From Candidatus Barnesiella excrementigallinarum (GTDB lineage: Bacteria > Bacteroidota > Bacteroidia > Bacteroidales > Barnesiellaceae): a stretch of DNA of 64,000 nucleotides. Where the stretch lies: assembly GCA_019114445.1 (NCBI GenBank), contig DXFL01000012.1, positions 1,027-65,026 of the forward strand, read 5' to 3'. The notes beneath the pieces are model-generated. The model searched no databases. It was not told the origin of the DNA and saw only the letters and a program-made list of their open reading frames with translations. Shown piece after piece: positions 39,814 through 49,782 of this stretch (within the stretch, counting starts at the first letter, position 1; each line of letters opens with the position of its first letter). A program made the translations under genes and the position numbers.

Positions 39814-40833
39814 ATGAACAATCTGATTGTATATTGCGAAATAGAAGACGGCATTATCGCCGACGTGAGCCTCGAACTGCTCACCAAAGGTCGTTCGTTG
39901 GCCAATCAACTCAACTGTAAACTCGAAGCCCTCGTCATCGGCAGCAACCTCGACGGCGTGGAAAAACAGGTGTTCCCCTACGGGGTCGACACGGTATATA
40001 CCGTCGACGATCCCCGCCTCTACCCCTACACCTCGATTCCCCACACCTCGGTATTGGTAAATCTTTTCAAAGAGCAGAAACCGCAAATCTGCCTCATGGG
40101 TGCCACCAGTATCGGCCGCGACTTGGGCCCGCGCGTATCGTCGTCGCTCCACAGCGGTTTGACGGCCGACTGTACCTCACTCGAAATCGGCCCGCACGAG
40201 GATAAGAAAAACAACAAAACCTACGAAAACCTCCTGTACCAAATTCGCCCCGCTTTCGGCGGTAACATCGTGGCTACCATCGTCAACCCCGAATGCCGCC
40301 CGCAAATGGCCACCGTGCGCGAAGGCGTGATGAAGAAAGAGGTTTACGACCCCAACTACAAAGGCGAAGTGGTTAAACTCGATCCCCAAAAATATGTAGC
40401 CGATACCGACTTCGTTGTCGAGGTTATCGACCGCCAAATGGAAAAATCGAAAGCCAACATCAAGGGCGCTTCGATTATCGTTGCCGGCGGATACGGCATG
40501 GGGTCGAAAGAGAACTTCGATATGCTGTTCGACCTCGCCTCTACGCTGGGTGCCGAGGTAGGCGCTTCGCGTGCCGCCGTCGATGCCGGTTTTGCCGAGC
40601 ACGACCGTCAAATAGGCCAAACGGGTGTGACCGTGCGTCCCAAACTCTATATCGCCTGCGGTATTTCGGGACAAATCCAGCACATCGCCGGTATGCAGGA
40701 CAGCTCGATTATCATCTCGATCAACAGCGATCCCAACGCGCCTATCAACACGATAGCCGACTATGTGATCACCGGTACGGTAGAAGAGGTAGTTCCCAAA
40801 CTCATTAAATACTACAAGAAGAACTCCAAATAA
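39814..40833 (+). CDS. etfA: Electron transfer flavoprotein alpha subunit
   Basis: 'GLTADC', 'RPAFGGN', 'VGASRAAVD', 'QIGQTG', 'GISGQIQH'. Confidence 0.96.
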   Translation: MNNLIVYCEIEDGIIADVSLELLTKGRSLANQLNCKLEALVIGSNLDGVEKQVFPYGVDTVYTVDDPRLYPYTSIPHTSVLVNLFKEQKPQICLMGATSIGRDLGPRVSSSLHSGLTADCTSLEIGPHEDKKNNKTYENLLYQIRPAFGGNIVATIVNPECRPQMATVREGVMKKEVYDPNYKGEVVKLDPQKYVADTDFVVEVIDRQMEKSKANIKGASIIVAGGYGMGSKENFDMLFDLASTLGAEVGASRAAVDAGFAEHDRQIGQTGVTVRPKLYIACGISGQIQHIAGMQDSSIIISINSDPNAPINTIADYVITGTVEEVVPKLIKYYKKNSK

Positions 40834-40969
40834 TCGTCCGCACTCCCGGCACCCGGTTTACCGTTGCTCGCCGAGCTGGACAAAACAGCTCCTTCACGAC
40901 AAACCAAAGGGCAAAGGGGAAAACAGAGAAAAGGAGTTTCATTCATTTATGAAAAAGTAAACACAGAAT

Positions 40970-42673
40970 ATGGCTAATTTCTTTTTAGACAACAGTGATC
41001 TGAAACATCACTTGCACCACCCGCTCATGGAGAAGCTGGTGGCTTTACGGGAACGGAACTACTCCGATGCCGAAAAATACGACTATGCGCCCTTCAACTT
41101 CGAGGACGCCATGGACAGTTATGAAAAGGTTCTCGAAATCGCCGGCGAAATCAGCGGCGAAATCGTAGCCGCCAATGCCGAAGACGTAGACCACGAAGGT
41201 CCCCATGTAGTCGACGGCCACGTAGTCTATGCCAAAGGCACGCAAAAGAACCTCGACGCTTTGGTAAAAGCCGGGTTGATGGGTATCTCTATGCCCCGCC
41301 GCTACAACGGCCTCAACTTCTCGCTCGTGCCCTACATCATGGCCGCCGATATGGTAAGCCGCGCCGACGCCGGCTTCGTAAACATTTGGGGCTTGCAAGA
41401 CTGCGCCGAGACCATCTACGAATTTGCCAGCGAAGAGCAAAAGCAGAAATACCTGCCCCGCGTATGCGCCGGTGAAACGATGGCTATGGACCTGACCGAG
41501 CCCGATGCCGGTTCGGACCTGCAAGCCGTCATGCTCAAAGCTACTTACAGCGAAGCCGACGGATGCTGGTACCTCAACGGTGTGAAACGCTTCATCACCA
41601 ACGGCGACGGACATATCGCCCTCGTACTGGCCCGCTCGGAAGAGGGAACCAAAGACGGCCGGGGCTTGTCGATGTTCATCTACGACCGCAACGACGGCGG
41701 CGTAACCGTTCGCCGTATCGAAAACAAGATGGGTATCAAAGGATCGCCCACCTGCGAACTCGTGTTCAAAAATGCCAAAGCCGAGCTTTGCGGCAGCCGC
41801 AAACTGGGATTGATCAAATACGTAATGGCCCTGATGAACGGCGCCCGCTTGGGTATCGCCGCCCAATCGGTAGGTGTATCGGAGGCCGCTTACCGCGAAG
41901 CCATCGCCTACGCCCGCGACCGCAAACAATTTGGCCAAGCCATTATCGAGTTCCCCGCCGTTTACGAAATGATTTCGTTGATGAAAGCCAAACTCGACGC
42001 TTCGCGTTCGTTGCTGTACGAGACCACCCGCTTCGTCGATATGTACAAGACCTACGAGGACATCGCCAAAGAGCGTTCGCTCGAACCCGAAGAACGGGCC
42101 GAGATGAAAGCCTACCAAAAACTGGCCGATGCCTTCACCCCCATGGCCAAAGGTATGTCGAGCGAATTTTGTAACCAAAACGCCTACGACTGCGTACAGG
42201 TACACGGCGGTTCGGGCTTCATGAAAGACTACGCCTGCGAACGTATCTACCGCGACGCCCGCATCACCTCGATCTACGAAGGTACTACCCAGTTGCAAGT
42301 CGTAGCCGCTATCCGCCACGTCACCACCGGTACCTACCTCCACCAAATCGAGGCTTACGAAGCTGCCACGATCGCTCCCGAACTGGAACCGCTGCGCGAC
42401 CGCCTCAAAGCCATGAGAGAGGCTTATGTAAAAGCTGTCGAATCGGTCACCGAGACCAAAGACAACGAATACATCGACTTTCAGGCTCGCCGTATGGTCG
42501 AGATGGCCGGACACATAATCATGGGTCACCTGCTGCTCGCCGACACCACGCGCAACGAATCGTTCCGCCGCTCGGCCGAGGTATATATCAACTTCGGAGA
42601 GGCCGAGGTGACCAAACACGCCGCCTTCATCGCTCACTCCAAACCCGAGATGATGGCCGACTACCGCAAATAA
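40970..42673 (+). CDS. Acyl-CoA dehydrogenase
   Basis: 'MDLTEPDAGSDL', 'LNGVKRFIT', 'KMGIKGSPT', 'QVHGGSG', 'IYEGTTQLQ'. Confidence 0.95.
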   Translation: MANFFLDNSDLKHHLHHPLMEKLVALRERNYSDAEKYDYAPFNFEDAMDSYEKVLEIAGEISGEIVAANAEDVDHEGPHVVDGHVVYAKGTQKNLDALVKAGLMGISMPRRYNGLNFSLVPYIMAADMVSRADAGFVNIWGLQDCAETIYEFASEEQKQKYLPRVCAGETMAMDLTEPDAGSDLQAVMLKATYSEADGCWYLNGVKRFITNGDGHIALVLARSEEGTKDGRGLSMFIYDRNDGGVTVRRIENKMGIKGSPTCELVFKNAKAELCGSRKLGLIKYVMALMNGARLGIAAQSVGVSEAAYREAIAYARDRKQFGQAIIEFPAVYEMISLMKAKLDASRSLLYETTRFVDMYKTYEDIAKERSLEPEERAEMKAYQKLADAFTPMAKGMSSEFCNQNAYDCVQVHGGSGFMKDYACERIYRDARITSIYEGTTQLQVVAAIRHVTTGTYLHQIEAYEAATIAPELEPLRDRLKAMREAYVKAVESVTETKDNEYIDFQARRMVEMAGHIIMGHLLLADTTRNESFRRSAEVYINFGEAEVTKHAAFIAHSKPEMMADYRK

Positions 42674-42693
42674 TGCGAACCTAACTCATCACA

Positions 42694-42730
42694 AAATGGG
42701 CTGTTCCGAATCCTTCGAAACAGCCCATTT
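42694..42730 (+). terminator. Terminator-like hairpin after the acyl-CoA dehydrogenase gene
   Basis: AAATGGGCTGTT...AACAGCCCATTT. Confidence 0.7.
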
Positions 42731-42745
42731 GATTTTTAGGGGTTT

Positions 42746-43344
42746 GGTTATTCCGCACTGCGACGGTTCTGTCATTCCGCGCTTGATGCGGAATCCAGGA
42801 ATATTGGCAGAGGAATGCACTCTACCGGGTCCCGCCGCTTGGTCATTCCGCACTTGATGCGGAATCCAGAAATACCGGCAGGGGTACCTGCAAAATACAT
42901 TTCCCTTTGTGGCTCCACGCTGGACCCCGCATCGGGGTGCGGGGTGACGAGTACGTTTCCCTCGCCTTCCCCACGCTGGACCCCGCGGTTCTGTCATTCC
43001 GCGCTACGACGCGGAATCCATGAATACCGGCAGAGGGGAATACCTACAAGAGGCACTCTACCGGGTTCCGCCGTTCTGTCATTCCGCGCTACGACGCGGA
43101 ATCTAGGAATACCGGCAGGGGTACATTTCCCTTTGCGACCCTACCGGGTCCCGCCGTTCTGTCATTCCGCGCCACGACGCGGAATCTATATTACCGGCAG
43201 GGGGGTACTCACAAATGAATGCCTCGCCTTCCCCCGACTGGATCCCGCATCGGGGTGCGGGGTGACACGCTGGCGGCCCTACACAAGAGGCACTCTACTG
43301 GACCCCGCATCGCTGTGCGGGGTGACACGGTAGTGCGGGATGAC
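42746..43344. repeat. Mosaic cluster of GTC-tagged REP-like palindromes (BIME/NIME-like)
   Basis: Forward units GTCATTCCGC-N7/8-GCGGAATCYA at 42771, 42842, 42993, 43078, 43161; inverted units TGGAYCCCGC-N8-GCGGGGTGAC at 42921, 43239, 43299; partial units at 42746, 42977, 43333. Confidence 0.9.
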
Positions 43345-43554
43345 GTCCTCGTTCCCTATGCGACAGGGACAAAAAAAAGATCGACACAATACCCACTAAG
43401 CAAATATAAAATAATAATATTATAAAAGCAACGGTTTGAAGCATTTAATAATAAAAATATGGTATTCTTAAAAAATCGTAAATTTTTATTTATCCCCAAA
43501 TAGACGTTTCTCTTACAAGCAATCGGGGGCTATCTTTACCCCAAAATCGACGAT

Positions 43555-44928
43555 ATGGCTACACACGACTGTCACCACATGGTAAATCTGCAAAAAGCAT
43601 TTTTCAACGAACACATCACCCGCGAGATTCCTTTCAGGCTGTGCGCCCTCGACCGGCTCGCCGAAGGCATTGCCTCCCGCGAAGGCCAACTGAGCGCAGC
43701 GCTGCGCGCCGACTTGGGGAAGTCGCCTTTCGAGAGTTATGCCACCGAAACCGGGTTCCTCCTGCACGAGATACGCACGTTCAAAAATAACCTGCAACGC
43801 TGGGCTCGCGACCGGCGGCGTCCTACCCCCATGTTCCTCTTCGGTGCCAAAAGCCGCATCCATTACGAGCCTTACGGCTGTGTGCTCATTATCGCTCCGT
43901 GGAACTATCCGCTGCAACTGGCCCTGTCACCTTTGGTGGGCGCCATCGCCGCGGGGAACTGCGCCATCGTGAAACCGTCGGGCGAAGCGCCCCGCACAGC
44001 CGAAGCCCTGCAAGAACTCATCGGCGAATGTTTCGAAGAGGAGTATATCGCCGTGACCGACGCCCGGCGGGAGACAACCGAGGAGTTGTTGCAAGAACGG
44101 TTCGACTACATATTCTACACCGGCGGCGTCGAGTACGGACGGCAGGTCATGCAGGCTGCCGCACAACACCTTACCCCCGTGACCCTCGAACTGGGCGGGA
44201 AAAGCCCTTGCATCGTCGACGACGACGCCCACCTGACTACGGCGGCACAACGGATCGTATGGGGCAAATTCCTTAATTGCGGACAAACGTGCGTCGCCCC
44301 CGACTACCTGATGGTTCACCGCAGCATACAACAACCGCTCATTGAACAGATAACGGATGAAATCTCACGGCAATACGGCGAAAACCCGCAACTCAGCCCC
44401 GACTATCCCCGCATCGTCAACGACCGCCATTTCGAACGGCTGGCCGCCCTCCTCACGCACGGCACGGCCCTCTGCGGAGGATTTTACGACCCTACCGACC
44501 GCTATATCGCCCCTACACTGCTCACCGATATAGACCCGCAATCGCCCTTGCTCACCGACGAAATTTTCGGGCCTATCCTCCCCGTGATTCCTTTCGACGA
44601 CATCGACGACTGCGTGGAGTATGTAAACCAACGGGAAAAACCGCTCGCCCTCTACTATTTTACCCAAAGTCGCAAACGGGCCCGCTACATGATACAGCAC
44701 ACCTCGTCGGGCGGCGCCTGCATCAACGACACGATACTCCAAACGGCCAACAGCAACCTGCCCTTCGGCGGCATAGGCAACAGCGGCATGGGGGCTTATC
44801 ACGGCCGTACGAGTTTCGAGACATTCAGCCACCAACGGGGCATTGTACAGTCGGCCACCCACCTCTACTCCAACTTCAAATTCCCGCCCTACGGCGACAA
44901 GCTGAAATGGCTGAAACGGCTGATGTAA
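43555..44928 (+). CDS. NAD(P)-dependent aldehyde dehydrogenase (ALDH3-like)
   Basis: 'IAPWNYP', 'FYTGG', 'ELGGKSP', 'GQTCVAPDY', 'EIFGPILP', 'LPFGGIGNSG'. Confidence 0.95.
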   Translation: MATHDCHHMVNLQKAFFNEHITREIPFRLCALDRLAEGIASREGQLSAALRADLGKSPFESYATETGFLLHEIRTFKNNLQRWARDRRRPTPMFLFGAKSRIHYEPYGCVLIIAPWNYPLQLALSPLVGAIAAGNCAIVKPSGEAPRTAEALQELIGECFEEEYIAVTDARRETTEELLQERFDYIFYTGGVEYGRQVMQAAAQHLTPVTLELGGKSPCIVDDDAHLTTAAQRIVWGKFLNCGQTCVAPDYLMVHRSIQQPLIEQITDEISRQYGENPQLSPDYPRIVNDRHFERLAALLTHGTALCGGFYDPTDRYIAPTLLTDIDPQSPLLTDEIFGPILPVIPFDDIDDCVEYVNQREKPLALYYFTQSRKRARYMIQHTSSGGACINDTILQTANSNLPFGGIGNSGMGAYHGRTSFETFSHQRGIVQSATHLYSNFKFPPYGDKLKWLKRLM

Positions 44929-44941
44929 CCGAGCGATACCC

Positions 44942-44987
44942 ATACAGCAAAGGCGGCAGGTATAATCACTTGCCGCCTTTGCTGTAT
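44942..44987. terminator. Bidirectional terminator hairpin
   Basis: ATACAGCAAAGGCGGCAG...TTGCCGCCTTTGCTGTAT between convergent genes. Confidence 0.8.
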
Positions 44988-45006
44988 TTATAGGAAGCGT
45001 GGGGTA

Positions 45007-46695
45007 TTACTTCACCATCACCTTTTGTGTTTGCGACATGGTGCACACGAGGTAAACACCGGCGTCCAAAGGAACGGCCGTGTCGCTTCCCGCATAGACG
45101 AGTTGGCCTGCGGCGGTATATACCCGGTAGGACGGCCCTGCATTCTCGACGTACAACGTACGATCGACCACATAGACGTGCATTTCACAATCCGCCATCT
45201 CTTTTACATCGCTACCGGACGACTCCAAAATGTTCATAAAATTTTTCCAATACTCAGCCTCCCGATACGATTTTCCACAACCGGCCGGCACATACAATGT
45301 GGCATTATAATCTTCGAATGTAGTCGACTCTATTACGGGAGGAACCGTTGCATGAGATGTGATTGTCGCCAAAGACTCACAACCAGTAAAAGCAGCCGCT
45401 CCTATACGCTTTACATTTTTCCCTATCTCTACCGAGGTGAGATTACTCTTATCTGCGCAACAACGTTCGGGAATCTGCTCCACATGATCCTCGAAAGAAA
45501 AAGATTCGATGTTGGCACAGTTGTAAAACGGCATGGCATCGGTATATACCGGAATATCCCAAAAGACCGAAACAAGATCCAAACAATCGGCAAAAGTAAA
45601 AATATCGATTGTCTTTACCGTTTCGGGAATCGTCACCGATGCCCTGCCTCCGGGACATACAATCAACATACTTTGATCTTTATTGCAAAGTATTCCATCA
45701 CATAACGAATATATCCGATTATTTTCAGAGACAATAAATTCCTCTATATTCGAACTGCGGTAAAACACGCCGTCCCCTAAAGAAACCTCCGATTCGCCAA
45801 ATACGACTGTTTTCAACCCCTCGGAATAAGAAAAAGCAAAATCACCAATAGTCGTCGCCTGTGGGGGGATTGTGACAGACTCTAATTTTGAGCACCATTG
45901 AAAAGCTCTTTCCCCGATACTCGTCACCGACAAAGGTATCGTTACCCCACTCAAATTGATACAATCCACAAAAACATCACTGCCAATAATCTTAATTGAT
46001 GAAGGCATTGTGACCGAAGTCAGTTCCGCATAATTAGCAAAAGCATAATCGACCATAGAAAGTGTTCCCTCCCGAATGTCGATATGTGTATTCTCCGGCA
46101 TAGTTCCCTTATAACCATACAGCACTCGATTGATATACACAACGCCATCGGGCTGACTGTTATACCAAGCCGTTCCATTAAAAGCCGAACGGCCAATTAT
46201 TATAGATTCGGGAATAGTTATCGAAAGCAATGCGTTACAATTAAAAAAAGCATTAGCTCCTATCTCCGTTACCGACTCAGGTATCGTTACCGACGTCAAA
46301 CCCGAACAACCCCAAAAAGCCTAATCTCCGATAAATGTTACCAGCTCAGGTATCGTTATCGACGTTAAGCCTGTACAACCGGCGAAAACCCATTTACTAA
46401 TAACCGACACCGTATTGGGTAGTGTAACCGAAGTCAAATCTTCACATCTAAAAAAGGCAGATGCACCTATACAGGTCACCGCATAAGTCTTATCATTATA
46501 AGATACTGACGAAGGAATAACCACCGCTCCCGAATAAGAATTTGATTGAGTACTACCCGTTTCATTGGTAACCGTAACCTCGTCCCCGTTAATCTCATAA
46601 TAAATTCCGTCCACTTGAAAATCGTATGCACCCGCCGGTAATATCCCCCACAAAGCAACTGCAAGGAAAAGCCATCGATGTAAATTTATTTTCAT
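45007..46695 (-). pseudogene. BspA-type leucine-rich-repeat surface protein with T9SS-like CTD, interrupted by one in-frame TAG (46321-46323)
   Basis: Track ORFs 46321..46695 and 45007..46299 are in the same frame; joined reading is ...[37 protein letters not shown]...; signal peptide; ends 'GVYLV...QKVMVK'. Confidence 0.85.
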
Positions 46696-46816
46696 AACTC
46701 ATCGGTTTATGTGCTTGCTTGTCCCCTACCGGCAAGCATAAAAAACAGAAAAGCGTAGGGAACATACTGTTGTTTCTTGTATCAATCAAACAATACGCTT
46801 TTATAAATCTATATGA

Positions 46817-46824
46817 CAAATATA
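46817..46824 (-). promoter_or_regulatory. -7 box TATATTTG upstream of the BspA-like gene
   Basis: + strand CAAATATA. Confidence 0.45.
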
Positions 46825-47019
46825 ATATTTAAAGATTGTAAAACAAGCGTTTAAATACGCTTTTCTTTTTTTTGTCCTATATTCAAGGCGGGAACTGTAA
46901 AAACAATACAGCCGCGAAACAGGGTATAATACACATCTCCATACAGGGGCTATAACGATTCGTGTGCCCTCAAATAAAAAAGGAACCGACCGTATGGATC
47001 GATTCCCTTTTGCTTTCTG

Positions 47020-47092
47020 AGCCACGACCGGGACTCGAACCCGGGACCTTTTCGTTACGAATGAAATGCTCTACCGACTGAGCTATTGTGGC
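47020..47092 (-). tRNA. tRNA-Thr(CGT)
   Basis: Reverse complement GCCACAATAGCTCAGTCGGTAGAGCATTTCATTCGTAACGAAAAGGTCCCGGGTTCGAGTCCCGGTCGTGGCT; D and T arms canonical; CCA not encoded; -7 box TACCTTTG at 47103-47110. Confidence 0.93.
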
Positions 47093-47301
47093 ATTTGCGG
47101 TGCAAAGGTAATACTTTTGAGAGAATAGCCCAACTCTTTGGCAATATTTTTTTTGCTTACTCATTATTTTTCTCCGCTCCCCCTCGGCTAAAAAAGGGAA
47201 ACGGCAAGGAATATCATCGCACCCAAACAACACAAGGGCGCAAAATGCAAAGGGGCAGTACCGTGATTGGCCCTGCCCCATTTGCTTATCTCAATAGAGT
47301 G

Positions 47302-48726
47302 TTATTTACGAATTTGACGGCTGTAAGTCAACTGTAATTTGATATTAGCCACATCGATCAACGCCAACGAAGGAGCTGAAACGTAAGGAACAATATCGGT
47401 GACCACCTCCTGCTCGTTATAGGAATAGTAGTAATAACTGCTACCCGACGATACCGTCTCGCTATATACCGATACCGGCACCAGCACGATTTCTTCATCG
47501 GCATCGGAAATCTCGGTACCCGAACGTTTCTTCTCGATGATGTCGTTTATAAACGGTCGCAATCCGGTAAAGTCATACTTACGTGTATCGCTATCGTACT
47601 CGGCGTAGAATGTATTCACATTGTCGGCCAGTTTTTTCTTCTCGAAGAACTCACGGAGCTCCGACTTGCGAATAAAGAGCAGGAATTGCGGCGGTTCCAA
47701 ATTATAACTGTTGTCGGTAAGTTGTTTCAGAGGCACCGTAAGGGTCAACGAATTGACAAGCCCTTGCAAAGACGAAGAGCCCTCGCCTACCGCCGACTCG
47801 AAGGTTTGTACAATCTCGCGCGTGGGGAAATGGATCAATACATTCAGCCCCGCCGGAGCTTGTAAATAGACCTCCCCGGACGCAATGGCATTTTTAATCG
47901 AGGGATCGATTTCGAGTTTTATGTGGTTCCCGGTCGAGATTTCGGGTGTTACCGCCATGAGCGTTTGGGTTGCGGTATAGGTAGAGTCTGTACCGTCGAT
48001 TTCGGTCGTTTTGGTATAGTGCAGGTTCATCACCGTATTTTGGACATTGACTACACACCCGCTACCATACGAGGTCTTGACATAAAATCCCGGGAAATAT
48101 TGCGTAAAGCGGCTGGGCGAAGAGAAAACAACAGGATCCTCCTTATACTTTTGATAAAACTGCTCGGCCATCGCATCGGGCAACTTCACCCGAATCATCT
48201 TATACCCAAGTTCCACCAAAGAATCGGGCAGACCCAAGAACGAAGCATTGTAACTTGTCAATGCCACCGGAGCGGCTTGTGTATTGTAATATTCCGTGGG
48301 GTCGATACCGCTGTATACCGGCGATTTCAAGTCCTTGTCGAGCGGATAGACACTTAACTGCATCGGAGCCAACGAATCGCCCGTGAACGATTCGGCATTA
48401 TAATTCAAATACAAAATCAGCGAATCGAGTTTATCCACTCCTACGGTATCGAATTTGGACGCCGGCATAAACTGGGTAAGGAAATCGGTCTCCAACCGGC
48501 CATATCCGGGAATAGAAATACGCCCTATCAACTGGGTAATGGTTCGCCCCACCACGCTGTCGTTGGGAATAGATTCAACCGTTATCAGCTTTTGGAACGA
48601 AGAGTCGACGATAATTTCAATATTGGTATCGACTATCGACGAACCTATTGTACTGTTCTCGTCGCCACAGGAGGATATGCCTAAAACTATTGCAAAAGCT
48701 ATCGGCAAGAATTTAAAAACTTTCAT
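47302..48726 (-). CDS. DUF4270 family lipoprotein
   Basis: Lipobox 'GISSC', 'IGSSIVD', 'LIGRISIPGYG', 'FPGFYVK'; typical position next to the GT5 gene and panC. Confidence 0.8.
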   Translation of the reverse strand: MKVFKFLPIAFAIVLGISSCGDENSTIGSSIVDTNIEIIVDSSFQKLITVESIPNDSVVGRTITQLIGRISIPGYGRLETDFLTQFMPASKFDTVGVDKLDSLILYLNYNAESFTGDSLAPMQLSVYPLDKDLKSPVYSGIDPTEYYNTQAAPVALTSYNASFLGLPDSLVELGYKMIRVKLPDAMAEQFYQKYKEDPVVFSSPSRFTQYFPGFYVKTSYGSGCVVNVQNTVMNLHYTKTTEIDGTDSTYTATQTLMAVTPEISTGNHIKLEIDPSIKNAIASGEVYLQAPAGLNVLIHFPTREIVQTFESAVGEGSSSLQGLVNSLTLTVPLKQLTDNSYNLEPPQFLLFIRKSELREFFEKKKLADNVNTFYAEYDSDTRKYDFTGLRPFINDIIEKKRSGTEISDADEEIVLVPVSVYSETVSSGSSYYYYSYNEQEVVTDIVPYVSAPSLALIDVANIKLQLTYSRQIRK

Positions 48727-48746
48727 TTTCTATTTAGTAACTGTCG

Positions 48747-49562
48747 TTATTCGTTTCCTACAATCTTGTTGTAAAATTCGTTATAGGCATCAATATAAGT
48801 TTCTGAATTTTGATACTCCAAGAAAGGAATACCCAATTCTTGTACATAGCCTGTAATTTCGGGTTTTATATTTCGACTGGCTTGAATGACACCATCGGAG
48901 TATTGAATGGCCAATTTATTGAGAGTGACAGAATCAATCGAATCGCCTACGGAGAAAGGTATGTCGCTATCTTGAATCCCTTCCAGTTTCAACTTCGAAG
49001 CGAAATTGGGATCGAACGGGGTTTTGAAATCGTTGTCGTACAACGAATAGATTACCTTCGCATCGCGGAACGAAGGATCTTCGGCATAACTCTTCTTCAA
49101 ATACAAAGGAGCCAATGCCGTTATCCAGCCATGACAGTGGATAATATCGGGAGTCCAACGCAATTTTTTCACGGTCTCCATTACTCCCCGCACAAAAAAT
49201 ATACTGCGCTCGTCGTTGTCCGATCGCATATCTTCATCGGGAACACCTTCGGCATTACGCTGGAAATAATCGTCGTTGTCTATAAAATATACTTGCATTC
49301 GAGCCGACTGTATCGACGCCACCTTAATAATAAGAGGATGATCGGTATCATCGATAATCAAATTCATTCCCGACAACCGTATAACCTCGTGCAACTGATT
49401 GCGACGTTCGTTAATAGAACCATACTTGGGCATAAAGGTTCGTATTTCGTGACCTCTATCTTGAATACCTTGCGGCAAGGCTCGGCAAATATTCGCAATT
49501 TCCGACTCCGGCAAATAAGGAGTAATCTCTTGGGCGATAAATAGAACTTTGACTTCTTTCAT
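48747..49562 (-). CDS. Glycogen/starch synthase N-terminal domain protein (GT5)
   Basis: 'KVLFIAQEITPYL', 'RTFMPKYG', 'YFIDNDDYF', 'PDIIHCHGW'; ATG 49562. Confidence 0.85.
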   Translation of the reverse strand: MKEVKVLFIAQEITPYLPESEIANICRALPQGIQDRGHEIRTFMPKYGSINERRNQLHEVIRLSGMNLIIDDTDHPLIIKVASIQSARMQVYFIDNDDYFQRNAEGVPDEDMRSDNDERSIFFVRGVMETVKKLRWTPDIIHCHGWITALAPLYLKKSYAEDPSFRDAKVIYSLYDNDFKTPFDPNFASKLKLEGIQDSDIPFSVGDSIDSVTLNKLAIQYSDGVIQASRNIKPEITGYVQELGIPFLEYQNSETYIDAYNEFYNKIVGNE

Positions 49563-49782
49563 TCTGCTCCTCTTAAAACACAATTTATGTGGCAAAGATA
49601 ATAAAAAAAATGGGGGAAACTTCCAAATATTAGAAGTATTAACACCCCAGTATCGCCATACGCCCTTATTTTCACGCTCAAAACGGATTATTTTAAGGTC
49701 GTATTGCATAAAAATTTAAAGATTATCTTCGTTAATTGGGTTTTATTTGCTTCCTTTGCACGATTTTTTTAACGGCTCGATT

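Noticed and set aside
29011-42637. Very long antisense ORFs (29011..31560, 34485..36881, 41045..42637)
   Set aside because: They mirror strongly codon-biased genes (M16 peptidase, purL, acyl-CoA dehydrogenase) in register and show no protein motifs
42746-43344. CRISPR array
   Set aside because: Repeats occur in both orientations, spacing is irregular, spacers share modules with each other, and no cas genes are present
42689-43425. Track ORFs 42689..42997, 42815..43333 and 43219..43425 as proteins
   Set aside because: They are translations of the GC-rich repeat units (repeated CHSA/RRGI/LDPASGCGVT); no independent coding evidence
46321-46323. Amber recoding (pyrrolysine or TAG reassignment)
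   Set aside because: TAG ends aguB and purF normally; no pyl genes or suppressor tRNA in the window
44990-47020. Island integrated at the tRNA-Thr 3' end carrying the BspA gene
   Set aside because: No duplicate of the tRNA 3' end found near 45000 and no integrase nearby
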